NCBI RefSeq assembly: GCF_000143415.4
Contig: NW_003314309.1
Location: forward strand, 1,231,034-1,295,033
Reading direction: 5' to 3'
Length of the DNA stretch: 64,000 bases
Source: Selaginella moellendorffii
Lineage: Eukaryota > Plantae > Lycopodiophyta
Shown piece after piece: positions 25,515 to 37,922 of this stretch. Position 1 is the stretch's first letter; each line of letters opens with the position of its first letter. The position numbers and the translations under genes are program-made. The notes below the pieces were generated by a model. That model saw only the letters and a program-made list of their open reading frames with translations. It had not been told where the DNA came from and ran no database searches.

Positions 25515-26289
25515 ACATATAATTAAATAATGCTTTACTAAATTAATAATAGTTATTCTTAGTAATACTTCTTTTAATTTTGTTTGAGTCTAGTGCTCTT
25601 AAGATCTTAGTACTCTGAATTTTCTTATATCCCAAGTAAAACATACTGTGCATTAACATCTAATTAATACATTTATTTTTAGTACTTCTTCTTTTACTGT
25701 TTTTTATCTAATATATTAGTGTTTTTAAATTCTTAATGTTATAAATTTATTAGTTTTCTTATCTTATACTTTCCCTCTTATATCTTTTATAAACATATTC
25801 TTAGCAATTCATTTTTTAACTTTTTTCTGGGTTGGGTATTAGTTTTCTTAAAATCTAGGTGTTCTAAATATATTCATATTCCCTCTATGTTGTATAGTGT
25901 GTGTTTGTGTGTGTATATAAAGAGAAAACAATTATATGAAATTATTGATTTTTGTACTCAGCCAGCATTAATATTTTATATATATTCAGAAGTTTGCACA
26001 ATCCAATATTTGGTGGGCAATACAGGGCAATACTATAATAATGAGGAGTTGCCGAACTTTCTGGGCTGCTAAATCCAACCAATGGCAGCTATCCAATTGG
26101 GGGGGGGGGGGGGGGGGGGCGCAGGTAGGTAACTGTCAAAGGGTTATTTCTTTAACCACGTCTTAGTGAATAATTGCACTAATGTTTGCTCTCAGCTAAT
26201 GTGATATGTGATAGAAGGAGCTGTAACACATGTCATATGCATGTGTTGATGAGCTCCACTACCATTAAGAACCTTGCCAATGTTGATGA

Positions 26290-26730
26290 TCTTCTTCGTC
26301 AAGTTCTTGGCTTCAAAAGGGTTCTCTGGCTCAGCCAAATCAAATGGCCACTTCCCAAACATGACACTCGAGACCTAGTATAGCAATTCACCCAGTCCCT
26401 ACTGCAACACTTCTTCCCTCTCCTATAAAGAGGAAACTTTGCTAGAGATTTGATCCAAATGAGGAGAGATTGACAAACTTGGGCATCAGATTCTCTAGTT
26501 TCTTCTTGAGCTACTCAATCATAGAGACATATATTGACCTGGTTCATGTTGACAGTGCTAGATGTTGGAAGGATTTTCTGTGTAAGCCACTAGTAGATGA
26601 GCTAGAGTGCATAGTGTGAGACACTGAGGAAGAGCTGGTTGCCTAGAAGCTGCTTGTTAAACACCACTCAGCTGTGGACATGCTTAGGCAAAACTGGAAT
26701 GACTAGAGCCACACTGGCGAGCCTGAGGGA
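26290..26730 (-). pseudogene. Alpha/beta-hydrolase gene fragment
   Basis: Minus-strand translations RLASVALVIPV, SVSHYAL*LIY*WLTQKILPTSS and VMFGKWPFDLAEPENPF match a plant alpha/beta-hydrolase family. Confidence 0.6.
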
Positions 26731-26879
26731 ACAAGATCAAACTAGAGACAAACTTTTGTCCTCATAAAAGTAGTTTATGATCAATGAAGAAAAAAGATTG
26801 AATAGCAAGATTTAGATTGCATCAGTCAAGTGAAGAGGCATTGTGACTAATGCATGTATTCGATAATGCATTGTTGATT

Positions 26880-27560
26880 GGCATTAACACTCAACCTTTT
26901 GTAATGGAAACTCACGGGATTTTATAATTCCCTCTAAAGACTTTAATAGTTTAATTTGGGGAAACACATGTTTACAATTACTTCCTCAATTCATTTTTCA
27001 AAGTGGAATATAATACTGATATTATTCTAATTTATTTTTCAATATAGCAAAATTATAAAAATCAAAATAGTGTTTGCTAATTGGGCAGCATATGGTGGGC
27101 AATAGCTATAATAATAAGGAGTTGCCAAACTTTTTGGACCATCAGATCCAGCCAATGGCATCTATCTGATGGGGGGTAATAGTCAAAAGGTTATTTCTTT
27201 AACCATGTTTTAGTGAATAATTGTGTTGACATTTGCTCTTAGCCAATGGGAGGTTGCCAATTGTCTGAGGAGAGAAAGTGTTATTACATGTGTCACATGC
27301 AATGTGTTGACTAATATTGATGCTCAACCTTTTGCAATGGCACTGTGTCACTTGGATTTTATAATTCCTTCTAAGGAATTTAATAGTTTCCTATGAAAAA
27401 ACACACGCTTATAGTTATTTCTTCAATTCTTCTTTCAAAGTGGAATACAATAATTATTTTTTTGATACTATTCCAATTTAATTTTCAATGTAACAAAATT
27501 ATGACAATCAAAACAATGTTTACTAACTAGGCAGCATATGCTAGGCAATAACTAGTAATA
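26880..27560. repeat. Tandem duplication of an AT-rich unit (about 440-bp period)
   Basis: CTCAACCTTTTG..GGATTTTATAATTCC..AAAGTGGAATA..GGCAGCATATG repeated at about 26890 and 27323. Confidence 0.7.
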
Positions 27561-28423
27561 TAAAATAAAAATATTGTGTTATAGTGTGAATCTATATTAA
27601 TACAAATTTGGGATACATGATATTATAAAGATTTTCTATAAATTAAGTAATTTGATTAAAAAGATCATCAGATCTAAATATAACTACATAGTACATAGAA
27701 GCAATATAAATAAATACCTAAAGTGCAATAAAAGACCATATTGTGATACCACATTTTAAAATATAATAAAAATGACAATGTAGAAATAAAGAAGTTAAAA
27801 AAAGAACCTTAGCCATGAAATTAAAAGGTTTTCACATTACATTAGTAAAGATTTCTTTTGGTTATTACTTAAAGGTCTTATTGGCTTTAATAAATTTCAC
27901 TTTTCCTCCTTTCAGAGCAATTTTATATTTAAGTTTAATCAACTCCAAATCATAAAGAATTTGGCAATTTATTTTTTATGAAACATATTATAGTCAATAG
28001 CTTTTGTTAAAAAGTATCTATCTTAATAGTAGCCAGTACAAAAGGAGTTATGTAAATTATTACTTCTATTGGAGAATATATATATATCTTCATGTGTGAG
28101 AAATTGTGTGCGGAATCAGTACTCCCTCTGTCCTTGATATGTTCCTGTAATAGCTGCAGCGTTCCAGGAGCAACTCTCCGAGCAAGATCCGCTACGCACG
28201 ACTGGTGCATTGCTGTGGAAAGTGAAACGCTTGATTGTGTCAAAAAGAAGCTCATGCCCATGTGGCCTACTCAACTGCGTTCCAAGGTCACACTGATATT
28301 GGACAGGATGCTACGAATCCTTGGCCTGTTTACAGGGCCCCGCAAACCTAAAAAGGCGCTAAAAAAAAGCTGACTTTATCATCACACCTAGGTGGAGATG
28401 TAAAACAATACTTGGAAAATTAC

Positions 28424-28720
28424 CTCGATCCCCTCTATATGAAGCGCTTTCACCATTTACTTGAGCTCCAGAGATGCAGCTATAGGTCCACCTCCGTTAG
28501 TGGCAAGCCGGCTCATCAGAGAGAAGTTTATGGTTGAGTTGCCCCAAGCATTTACCTGTATAGAGGAATGAGTTTATGGAAATCACCCGTCGGTTCCTCA
28601 AGCTCAACTCGTACAACTCCTGTCAACAAAACCATTTAGCCTGTGAACAATAAAAAGACAAAAAGCACCTTGTCAATAAAGCCAAGGCACCTTCCCCCAA
28701 CACCAGAAGTGTAGCAGAGA
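28424..28720 (-). pseudogene. Isoamylase (ISA3-like, GH13) gene fragment
   Basis: VNAWGNSTINFSLMSRLATNGGGPIAASLELK*MVKALHIEGIEV and GGRCLGFIDK exon remnants with splice sites. Confidence 0.7.
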
Positions 28721-28806
28721 GCCACATCGTGAAGGCTGGACTGGGGTGAAGCCACTACTGGGGTGAAGCATCAACAGGGAGATTTCGGGATTCAAACAAC
28801 CTCGCT

Positions 28807-29256
28807 GAGTGTGCCAATTACCTTTGTCTCAACTGCGGGCTGGCTGCTTGTATGCCATCTAGCCAATCCAAAATCTCCAACCTGTTACCATATAGAAATG
28901 ATATAGTAACAATGGTAAATTTCTTACCATTGGAGCATAATCATGTGTGAGAAGAATGTTGTGTGGCCTGAGATCTCTGCGAATTATAGTTCCAACCTGG
29001 CTTCCTCGTGAAGATATCACATCGCTCTGGCAGCCCCCAAAGCGATTCCCTGTCTTGCACACCATGCTAGCACCGTGTTTTTGTCTGCCATCATTGTCAC
29101 ATGTCAAAGCCAAGTTTTTAGAAAAGGAAAAAAAAAGTACCAATTAAGTGATAGTGAGTGAATCGTTGCACACAAATTCATAAACGAGCCATCCTCGACG
29201 CAAAATCCTAGCAAAGTTACCAGGTTTCGGTGCTGTGCTCCACTCAGGACCTCTGC
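28807..29256 (-). pseudogene. Duplicated middle part of the kinase gene (corresponds to about 1535-2016)
   Basis: Close nucleotide match, including introns, to the gene at 141-2661, with small deletions. Confidence 0.9.
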
Positions 29257-29257
29257 G

Positions 29258-30420
29258 CGCCAAGGGCTTCAGGAGTGCATTATCGGGTAAGGCACTCACA
29301 TTTGTCATTCCCGGCAAGCATTCGGCTGTGCCTTAGTTTAGTTTGCTCTTGAGTCCTCATGTTTTTTGTTTCTGTCGATGTGGCATGCGTCTTTTCTACT
29401 TCTCTTTTTTTCTTCGTGTTGTAGCTACTATAGGTAGAGTTGTTATTTATTTCTTTTCTTGTTAGTTTCCTCACAGTTTTGTAATTATGCTAGAGAATTG
29501 GCATCTCAGATTTTTTTTACGTCTTTCCAGGATAAACGAAATTTATCCGCTGCTGCTTGTTGGTGGTGCCGACGTTTGTTTAGATGTTTCCAACCTGGAG
29601 AATTGCTCCATCCAGAGCCGAAGTTTTGGTTGGCACGCTGCTGGATATCATGCAGCGACTTTTCTTCCTTGAAAAGGTAGTAGCTCAACAATCTGAGACG
29701 ACTCTGGTGCCAACTTGTTGGAGATACGCAGGCTTTGTCAGTCTGCTTCCGGCTTCCTGGGCAACGGATAACCGGACTTTTCTCTGCGACAGGAACAATG
29801 AGCTTGCGGTGAAAGCTGGTTTTCGGCAGGTTAACAAGTTCGCTTACGCTTCGCAGCCCAGTATGATCCTCCTCATGATCCAAACACGTTTGTTCGCAGA
29901 GTCGGGCGTACTGCAAGAACAGGATGCATTGGACATTCAGTTGTTTTCCTTATGGCAAAAGACTTAAAGCATTTGTATCATATTTTCGAGCATTCAAGAG
30001 GAGCACCATTGTAACTACATTTCTGGTAAGCAATCCTTAATTCCTTGTTCTCTATTTGTATTTAGGTGGAAGAAACAGCAGGTTGGCAAGATTGCTATGG
30101 GATTTGGCCTCTTGCAGCTACCTTCAACGCCTCCCGAGAGAGATTCCAAGTCAGGGCCCCAGCAAAAAAAAGAAGCTTGAGAGCCATGGAGGAGTGGAAG
30201 AAGCAGCGACAAAAGGAGAAGCTCTAGGTAACAGTTACCACTGCATAGATGCTGCGAGTGGCTCCCAGTCCATAAAAGAGCTGTGGTGCACTTAGTTAGC
30301 CATTAGCACGCGAGGAAACTTTCACTTCCTGCTATCTTTGGTTGACTCATTTGTTATTTCTATTTGCTAGATGGAAGCCACTCCTCGACAGGCAAAGAAA
30401 ATGAGCAAGAAGATTTAGCG
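29258..30420 (+). pseudogene. DEAD-box RNA helicase RH18/SPB4/DDX55-like pseudogene with many internal deletions
   Basis: [74 protein letters not shown]. Confidence 0.8.
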
Positions 30421-30617
30421 ACAAAAGGAGCTTCTACATTTACTTCAGCTTACTCGTATCTTCCAGATGGTAAGAACAGCAGACTTGTATAAGAGGCTCT
30501 AGAACTCGAGAGGATGGCTATCGAAGGGAAAGAATTCGAGGGGACAAAAATTCGTTGCAAAACCTGACACGAGAAACAAAGAGCTCAGTGCTTAGTAAGC
30601 TTGAAATTGACACACCT

Positions 30618-31860
30618 TTACTCAGTCAGAGCGTCAGCGTCAAAGGCTGCTTGGAGAGAAGCTTGTGCTGCTGGATAGACGAACACCAGAATGTTCTCCA
30701 TTTTGGTCCGGAACTCGTTGAGCATCAGCTCCAGCACTGTGTCCACGAACACCTCCTCCGACTCCACCACTTGATACGTACCGGCATGGAAACGCCGGGG
30801 GATCGATCTGGCATACTCGAGCCCCACGGTGAGCCCTGCATCGTTTAACAATGCCACGACTCTGAAAGAAATAAAAGACATGTAAGTACTAGTTGACAGA
30901 AGAAAAAAAGAAAAAGAAAAAGTTACCCTGGAATGTTGAAAAACGCATTCCAATTTGTTTTTCCATTGGCTGCGAGTGGGATCTCCACATCTGCTTCTCT
31001 CGCAAGCCTCACGCATTTCTCCCGAGCGGCCTCGCAGAGCTTTCGCAGAAGCACTCGCTCGAACAAGCGCAATGCAGATAACCTCTGCTCCAATGCTGAG
31101 AGTTGACGGCCCTGGGCTGAAAGCTGACGACTCAGGTCTGTAAGTTCCTCCTTCAGCTTCGAAGTTTCCTCCTCGAGCTTTGCCACTCTCTCCTTGCGTT
31201 TGGTATTCTCCTCCTTAAGGCCGACGATCTCCCTTGAGTCCTGCAGCTCCTGGATTTTCTCAGCTTGCTCTTTCATAAGCTTGTCATTCTGTGCCTTTGT
31301 GTTCTTGATCTCTTCTTTCTGGTTGGTGACTTGCAGGATCAACGTGGAGTTCAGAGCTTTGAGTCTCGTGTTTGTGCCCTCCAGTCCCTGGTCTTGTCGA
31401 TCTGGCTTGGGAACAACCCTGATGTAGTTCTGTCTGGCCCATGCCTCAGGCGTCAGCCTCGAGTTCTTGTAGCTAGGATCACTGAATTTGGCCTCCAGAT
31501 CTTCCTTCCGCAGGTTGAAACGTTTCGCTGCCGCATCCACCGCAAAACCAAAAGCGCCATCCAGAGATTTCTTCCAGTCACCCGCTGGAAGAGGCCATGC
31601 AGACAGAGTGCACTCCACGTAAAGAATCGGGACGCACGGACGATTCTCTCCAGGCGCAATGTAGTTCCCTGGGAAAAAAAAACGAGGATAGAGCTACCAC
31701 AAAGTGTTTTCAACGGTCCTCTAACCCCGCAAATCTTTGCCACTCTATTCTGCTTGGCATCCAATCTCTCAGCTTCGAGGGTTCTCTTTGCTCTGGCGAG
31801 AGATGGCAAGGGGGGCGCCAATCGATCGGGAGTGACTTACCGCTGCCGCTGCTGCCCACG
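30618..31860 (-). CDS. Lineage-specific coiled-coil protein, copy 2 (no Copia insertion; intactness of the 5' end uncertain)
   Basis: ORFs 30923-31618 and 30618-31016 joined by a GT..AG intron (about 30863-30925); near-identical to 16103-17103. Confidence 0.55.
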
Positions 31861-34800
31861 CCGCTAAGCCCTTGGGTCATAAGATTAATTTTCATCTAGC
31901 GGCTGTTGTCAATTTAGCTTAATTTGAATACATTAACCAAAATCACTGTTGTTAAAACTGAATTAATATCAACTATTAATAAAAGTTATTAATTATGCTC
32001 TATGTTATTGAAACCGTGAAGAGACTTTGTCGAGAAGAGCAACTCCTTTAACTGCAAGAAAGGTTTTAAATTGATAGAAATATGAAAACTTTGTGATATA
32101 CGTCTTGTCCCTGTCACTCTTTTGCTATGGCTAGACAAAAGAATGGTTGCCGTAGCAAGCCATCTTCTCCGCAACTTTACAAAGGTCATCAAAAGTGCTC
32201 ATAAACTGCATTGATAAGTTCTTTTGCAGGCTTCCTGTCCCCAAAATAACAAGCTCAGAAAACAATTTACAAATTACGTGTTCTACTCATATAAATATAA
32301 GATATTATAATGTTATAATTGTTAATTAAATGTTAATCCTCCTAGTAATGTTTTCAATTGCATTTTCATCGTATATGGAAATCAAGTTTAGCTTAGTTAT
32401 TTACCAAAAGTAGAATGAGAAACAGAATTTTAACCATGTTATGTTTCTAAGGTTTTGATATAGTTTTTTGGTTTGCTTAAGCCAAAAGAACGATATTAAT
32501 GAAACAAACAAGAGAGCAAACCCTAAGCCCTTAAAATGTTACCATGAAATATTCTTAAAATATTCCTATGGTTATATTTTAGGTATATTCACTACCACCC
32601 TAAATATTTTAGGATATTCTACCATCTACTGGTTGTTATTCATTTAGATCAATCTTGCATTTATAATTTATAAACTTTCCTAAACACTTTTAGTATATTC
32701 TAGTTTATTCTACTATCTAATATAATATTAATATTATTTTTAAAAATTATAATATGTTTATAATTATAAATTTCTATTTGATCAATTAGAGTAATAAATA
32801 GAAATAATAATACTAGCATTGTTGCATTTTTTCCTAGGAGACAAAAATAAAGCCATACACCTGTTTAATAAATATCTTAGAAGAATCAAACAAAAAACCT
32901 TAAAAAGAATCAAACAAAGAATGTCATATTGATAATAATTAAGGGATTATGGTTATTTATGAAAATGCAATCAATCACTCACTATAGTGTTATTATAAGA
33001 AGTATGAAAATGTTAAATGTCACATTGAGAAAGAGTTTTAAGAGGTTTAAAAAAAAATAGTATTACAATTTGGTATTATGGAAATGTTGTACACTTAATA
33101 ATAGAAACTCATAAAAACTGAACATATTCTAATAATCACATCAATACAAATATTTAATTTAAATAATGATAGCCAAACAAATCTCTTGAGACATTTTGGC
33201 CTTTTAAAAAAAATGCTTTTGAATATGGGAGTGAATCTGTCTGATTCCCAAATATGAATTCTGTAAGAAAAATGGATCAGAATAAATACACCTGCGTGAC
33301 GTAGCGAGGCTTCCCAGTGTTTTTATGGAATTCAAGGACTGTACTCTGGCAAATTTCGTTCCACCAAGCCTTTGACTCGTACATCCCCTGAAAGTAGAAA
33401 GAAAAAAAAAACCAAAAGAAAGAGCCAAATATCACAGAGAGTAAACTTTGCTGTTGAAATGGAAGTTCTTTTTTAGTTCTTGCCTGAGATGTAGGTGAAT
33501 AGATTTTTATCCCTTGATTCGATTGCGAGGGATTTATGTCTTTCTGAAGACTGGAAATTTCTATGTAGGAGCTGACATAGACAATACAACTATAACAGGT
33601 CCTCGCGTCGAGGAAGCAATGTATCGGACTCTCCGGTGGACCAATCGCTGCATATCTATGGAGCTTTTCTTCTTGTCTCCTGCCACCGCAACTGATGAGT
33701 TTTGGGATCATTGGCTGCGCGGATAAAATCTCGTTGGCGAAGTCGAAGATGAGCCATCTGTTGATGGCTCGCGAGTGGATCGCATCGTTGCATTGTTTTG
33801 GCTGCTTTGATCTTGGCTATCTTCGTCTTCCAGTTTCTCGAGGACAGTGGAGTGCCGATCGAGTTCTTGGATCCAGGAGGTTGTCGCCGTGGCAAAAAGA
33901 CAAGAGCAAGACACAAGACTGGCTAGAAAAGGAGATCGCTCACCAGTTCGCTTTTTGTTAGGTGTCAGTCGATCCAGCAACTAATTGATGTTTAACACAG
34001 ATGTTGTCCAAGTTCATGGTGACATCTCTGTCATGGCTTCGCTTTGAAGACTTTGGTTTTGATTTCCTCTCAGCTGTTGCTCTGTTGCATTTTCCGTTGG
34101 CTTGAGTCACATGGTTTTGGAGATTCACTGCGTTGTCACTTTCCTGTCTGATCGGGCGGCTCGGGGACTCGTCCAACTAAGCGGTAAATCTCAAACTAGG
34201 ATTTCTCGGGCTTTCATGGAGAGTTTAATTCCCTGTGTCTGGCAGTGTTTCTCAGAGAACTTGACTTGGATTTCCTTGGAAGTCACCGATTTTTTACCAT
34301 TCGCACCGGCAATCTAATTCGGTGTCTTCCCTGATCCAGAAATTCTAGAAAGACGCTTTGATCTTGATGAGCTTCCTCTTATCCAAGTCTGTCGCTCCTG
34401 TGACATTTCTTCTCACTAGCGTCTAGATCACTAGGGAGAACCAAATGCCTGCTTCTTGGTGTATCGTCTGACTTATCAAAACTCTGGAGTATAGGGAAGG
34501 AGCAATCAACTTATCCTTGCCTTGCTTTCCAGAAGCTTGACGCTGCCACCATTTGGACTACTCTTTCATCAAAGGGAGAAATAGAGAATATTGAGAATTT
34601 ACTAAAGGCAAATCGCCATAAGGGTTAGGGCGTGGATCTTAGACTCTGGTTAGGGAAGCAGAAAATTCAGGGGTTTTACACGCCAAGCATGCTAATCCCT
34701 GGATGCACTTTTTTAGTTCCGGTAGAGAGTGTAGGAACATACCAACAGATAATCGAAAGTTGCTGCTTAAGGTGTAGTTACTATGTCTTTGCTATGTCTC

Positions 34801-35455
34801 ACATGACAAAGGAATCTGGTTCTTGGGATTACAAAAAGAAGTTGGAGAACATGGTTTGGAGCTCCCATGGACCATCATGGTGGACGACGAATCCCCGGAC
34901 GTTGCAGCTACTGGCGAAGAGAGCAGCTTCTTGCAGGTATATTATTTCAGTCAATCAGAGCATCCGCGAGATCGGGAAGTGCTAAGGCTGCGCAGAGAAA
35001 ACAGTTTGATCTGAGCTCTCGGTTTGATAATCTGGGCTTTTGGAATTGTCAATGGCAGCAAATTGCACTTTGGTTCAAGCTTTGGTCACAATTCAGTGAC
35101 CAACGTGGCAGATATGCCCATCATCGAACGAATGTGATGCAAATTTATGAGCTTGGGCTTGCCGCAATGCAAAAAATAAATCCCACCATTAAGCTTTTGG
35201 GTTGCACCGGCGATGCTACTGTCTATCCATGGTCTGAATTAAACATGAAAAGTTTTGGAGGATTGGGTTTGGGAAGCAAAAGGTAAACATACTAATGGTG
35301 CATAGACTGCAATTGGATGTTTTTCTCCCAGCAGTTAAGACTTGTGATGTGGAAGAAGATCTTTGTATTGATGCATTGTATTGTTAATAATATAATAAGC
35401 TTTGTTGAGACGCAAGGAAGAAGAGAAACTCCGTTTGAGATGGCTCTAAGATGGA

Positions 35456-36063
35456 TCGGGTAAGAAACCAAAACTCATATGTTATTTTAGAGATTTAATA
35501 TTTAGAATTGAAGGTATTTGGCTTCGGAGTATGCTTCAAGTGGACAAGTTACAGAGAAAGCCAACGAGTACCCATTCGGTGTGATTTTACTTGAAATGGT
35601 CACAGGCTGGAGATCACTAGATATAGCTCTAGAATCTCATAGAATGGGTAAGGTTCATATTTTTTATTTATTTCTATTTAATATTAATTACAGGCTCATC
35701 CAAGAGGTGCCGATTCTTTACTGGATTCACGAGTGGTTAAAGATTTACTACGGGAGTCACAGCTTTATGAGATCCAAGCAATGGTCCACGCAGCGCATTT
35801 TGCCTGAGAAGAGAACCTCGCAGAGGCCAAGAATGAGTGAGGTTGATCCTTACGAAGGAAAAACATGAACTTACAAGGTTGACATTGTTGCATGTAAGTG
35901 TTGCGAATTTTGGAAGACGAGAGAGGTGAAGCACCCACCGTAGCTCTAACAGTGTCTACCACCTGGGATCTCACAACCAAGAGCCGGATTCCACGAGTTC
36001 CAAGCAATCCACGCTCAAAAGTCCGAGCAATTTCTCTCATATAATGAGATGATCACCAGCTAG
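35456..36063 (+). pseudogene. Duplicated 3' part of the kinase gene (corresponds to 2015-2661)
   Basis: Close nucleotide match, including introns, with deletions ([16 protein letters not shown]..). Confidence 0.9.
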
Positions 36064-36190
36064 ATGGTGTGAGCCAACATGAAAGTTGACTCTATAGGTA
36101 ATATACTCAAGACAAAAAGAGAAACTATTCTTTGTGATGTTGTTACAAGCAGCTACTATAATCCAAAGTCATACAAAGAGCTTCTCAGGA

Positions 36191-36470
36191 TCAAAGTTTC
36201 AAAGAGTGATCTTGGCTGGCGGCATCCATCGTGAAGAACTCGGAGATCACCTCCAGCGGCATGCCTTTGGTCTCGGGAACCTTGAAGAGGGTGAAGATCC
36301 AGGCTGCCAACACCGCCACCGCGAAGCAGCCAAACAAGCCCCCGATTCCCAGCACCCGGAGGAGTGTCGGGATGTTGCAAGTCCACATCGAGGCCTGGCA
36401 CATCCCAATGCAGAGGCCGCGAACTCGAGTCGGGAAGATATCTGAGCCCAGGATGTTTGGGATGTGGACT
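36191..36470 (-). pseudogene. 3' fragment of tonoplast monosaccharide transporter (TMT/MSSP)
   Basis: IPNILGSDIFPTRVRGLCIGMC..FKVPETKGMPLEVISEFF; truncated by the Gypsy fragment at about 36470. Confidence 0.85.
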
Positions 36471-37922
36471 TGTTACCTCCTATGACACTTGCGCTTGGAA
36501 TAAGGTACCTCGCCACCTTCCTTCAGGTTTGCTTCATTCCCTCCCAGTCCCTTCAGGTCCTTAGTTGTGGTGGATCGCTTCACAAAGATGGCGCACTTCT
36601 TGCCATGTACCAAGGAGTTTTCGGGCGAGGACATGGTAAAACTGGTATTCAGGGAAATTTTCCGACTTCATGGGATTTCTACAGATGTGGTTTCGGATCG
36701 GGGGCCTCAGTTCATCTTTCATTTCTGGCAACGGTTTTTGCAGCTGCTTGGAGTGAAGGACAACCTCTCTTCGGCGTATCATCCTTAAACTAATGGACAG
36801 TCCAAGCGAACGATTCAGACGTTGGAACAATTCTTAAGGTGCTTCATCAACTATCATCAGGATAACTGGTTCGATATCCTTCCCCTTGCTGAGTTCTCCT
36901 ATAACAACTCTGTTCACTCCTCTCTTCGAATTTCCCCTTTCTTTGTGAACTCTGGCCGAAATCCCTGATTCAATCTCTCACTTCCTTCTCCATCCAAATC
37001 CTCTCGTTCAAATCCCCACTCTGAGGCATTTATCTCCAACCTCCAGGAAATCCACAACTCCATCTCCTTCCACCTCCATCGTGCTCAGGAATCTCACAAA
37101 ACATTTGCCAATGTCCATCGTCAGGATTGTCCCCCTTACAATATCGGGGATCTCCTCAGGAAAAATATCTCCACCACCAGGCCTTGTCCAAAACTTGATT
37201 TCAAACGCCTCGGTCCTTTCCCTATCACTGCCATCATTAATCCTGTCACTTATCGCCTTGCACTTCCCTCCTCATATCAAATTCACCCCGTTTTTCACTC
37301 CTCTCTCCTTGAGCCTTATATTCCTAGTCCTATTCCAAATCAGGTCATTCCTCCGCCTCCACCAGTGCAACTTGAGGATGGGTCTGAGTACGAGATTCAA
37401 GATATCTTTGATTCCAAGATTTCACGGTCTAAACTCTACTATCTGGTCGACTGGAAGGGTTACGGACCTGAGGAACGCACTTGAGAACTTGCGGACAACC
37501 TGATTCATTCTCCTGACCTTGTTCAGGACTTCCACCGCCGCTATCCTTCTCGTCCCAGTCCTCATTCTTTTTCTCCATCTCCCATCCCTCGCCGCTCATC
37601 TCATCCTCCTCGTCGTTCTCGTTCACATCCTCGTTCCACTCATTTTTGAGGAGGGGGTGCTGTCAGGAATCCCCCAATTCTTGCTACATTCCTGACTCTC
37701 ACCGGATTCCTAACCTGCAGACCACATTCCTGACTCTCGAGACACTTCCCTATTCCTGACTCTCTGATTCCTGAGTCTCGAGCCACATTCCTGATGATGA
37801 TGTGGTGCCTTCTCGACCTCAGCTATATTTAGACTGTCTTCGATCCAAGAGTGGTGGAGCTTTATCAACCTATAGTATATATAGATTAGCTTTGTTCCAT
37901 TTCTCCACAATCTGAATCAACA
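36471..37922 (+). mobile_element. 3' remnant of a chromoviral Gypsy (integrase, chromodomain, PPT, 3' LTR from 37661)
   Basis: VVVDRFTKMAHF, VSDRGPQF, SSAYHP, KRLGPF..IHPVFH, chromodomain EYEIQDIFDSK..YYLVDWKGYGPEER; PPT GAGGAGGGGG then TGTCAGG; LTR end approximate. Confidence 0.88.
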
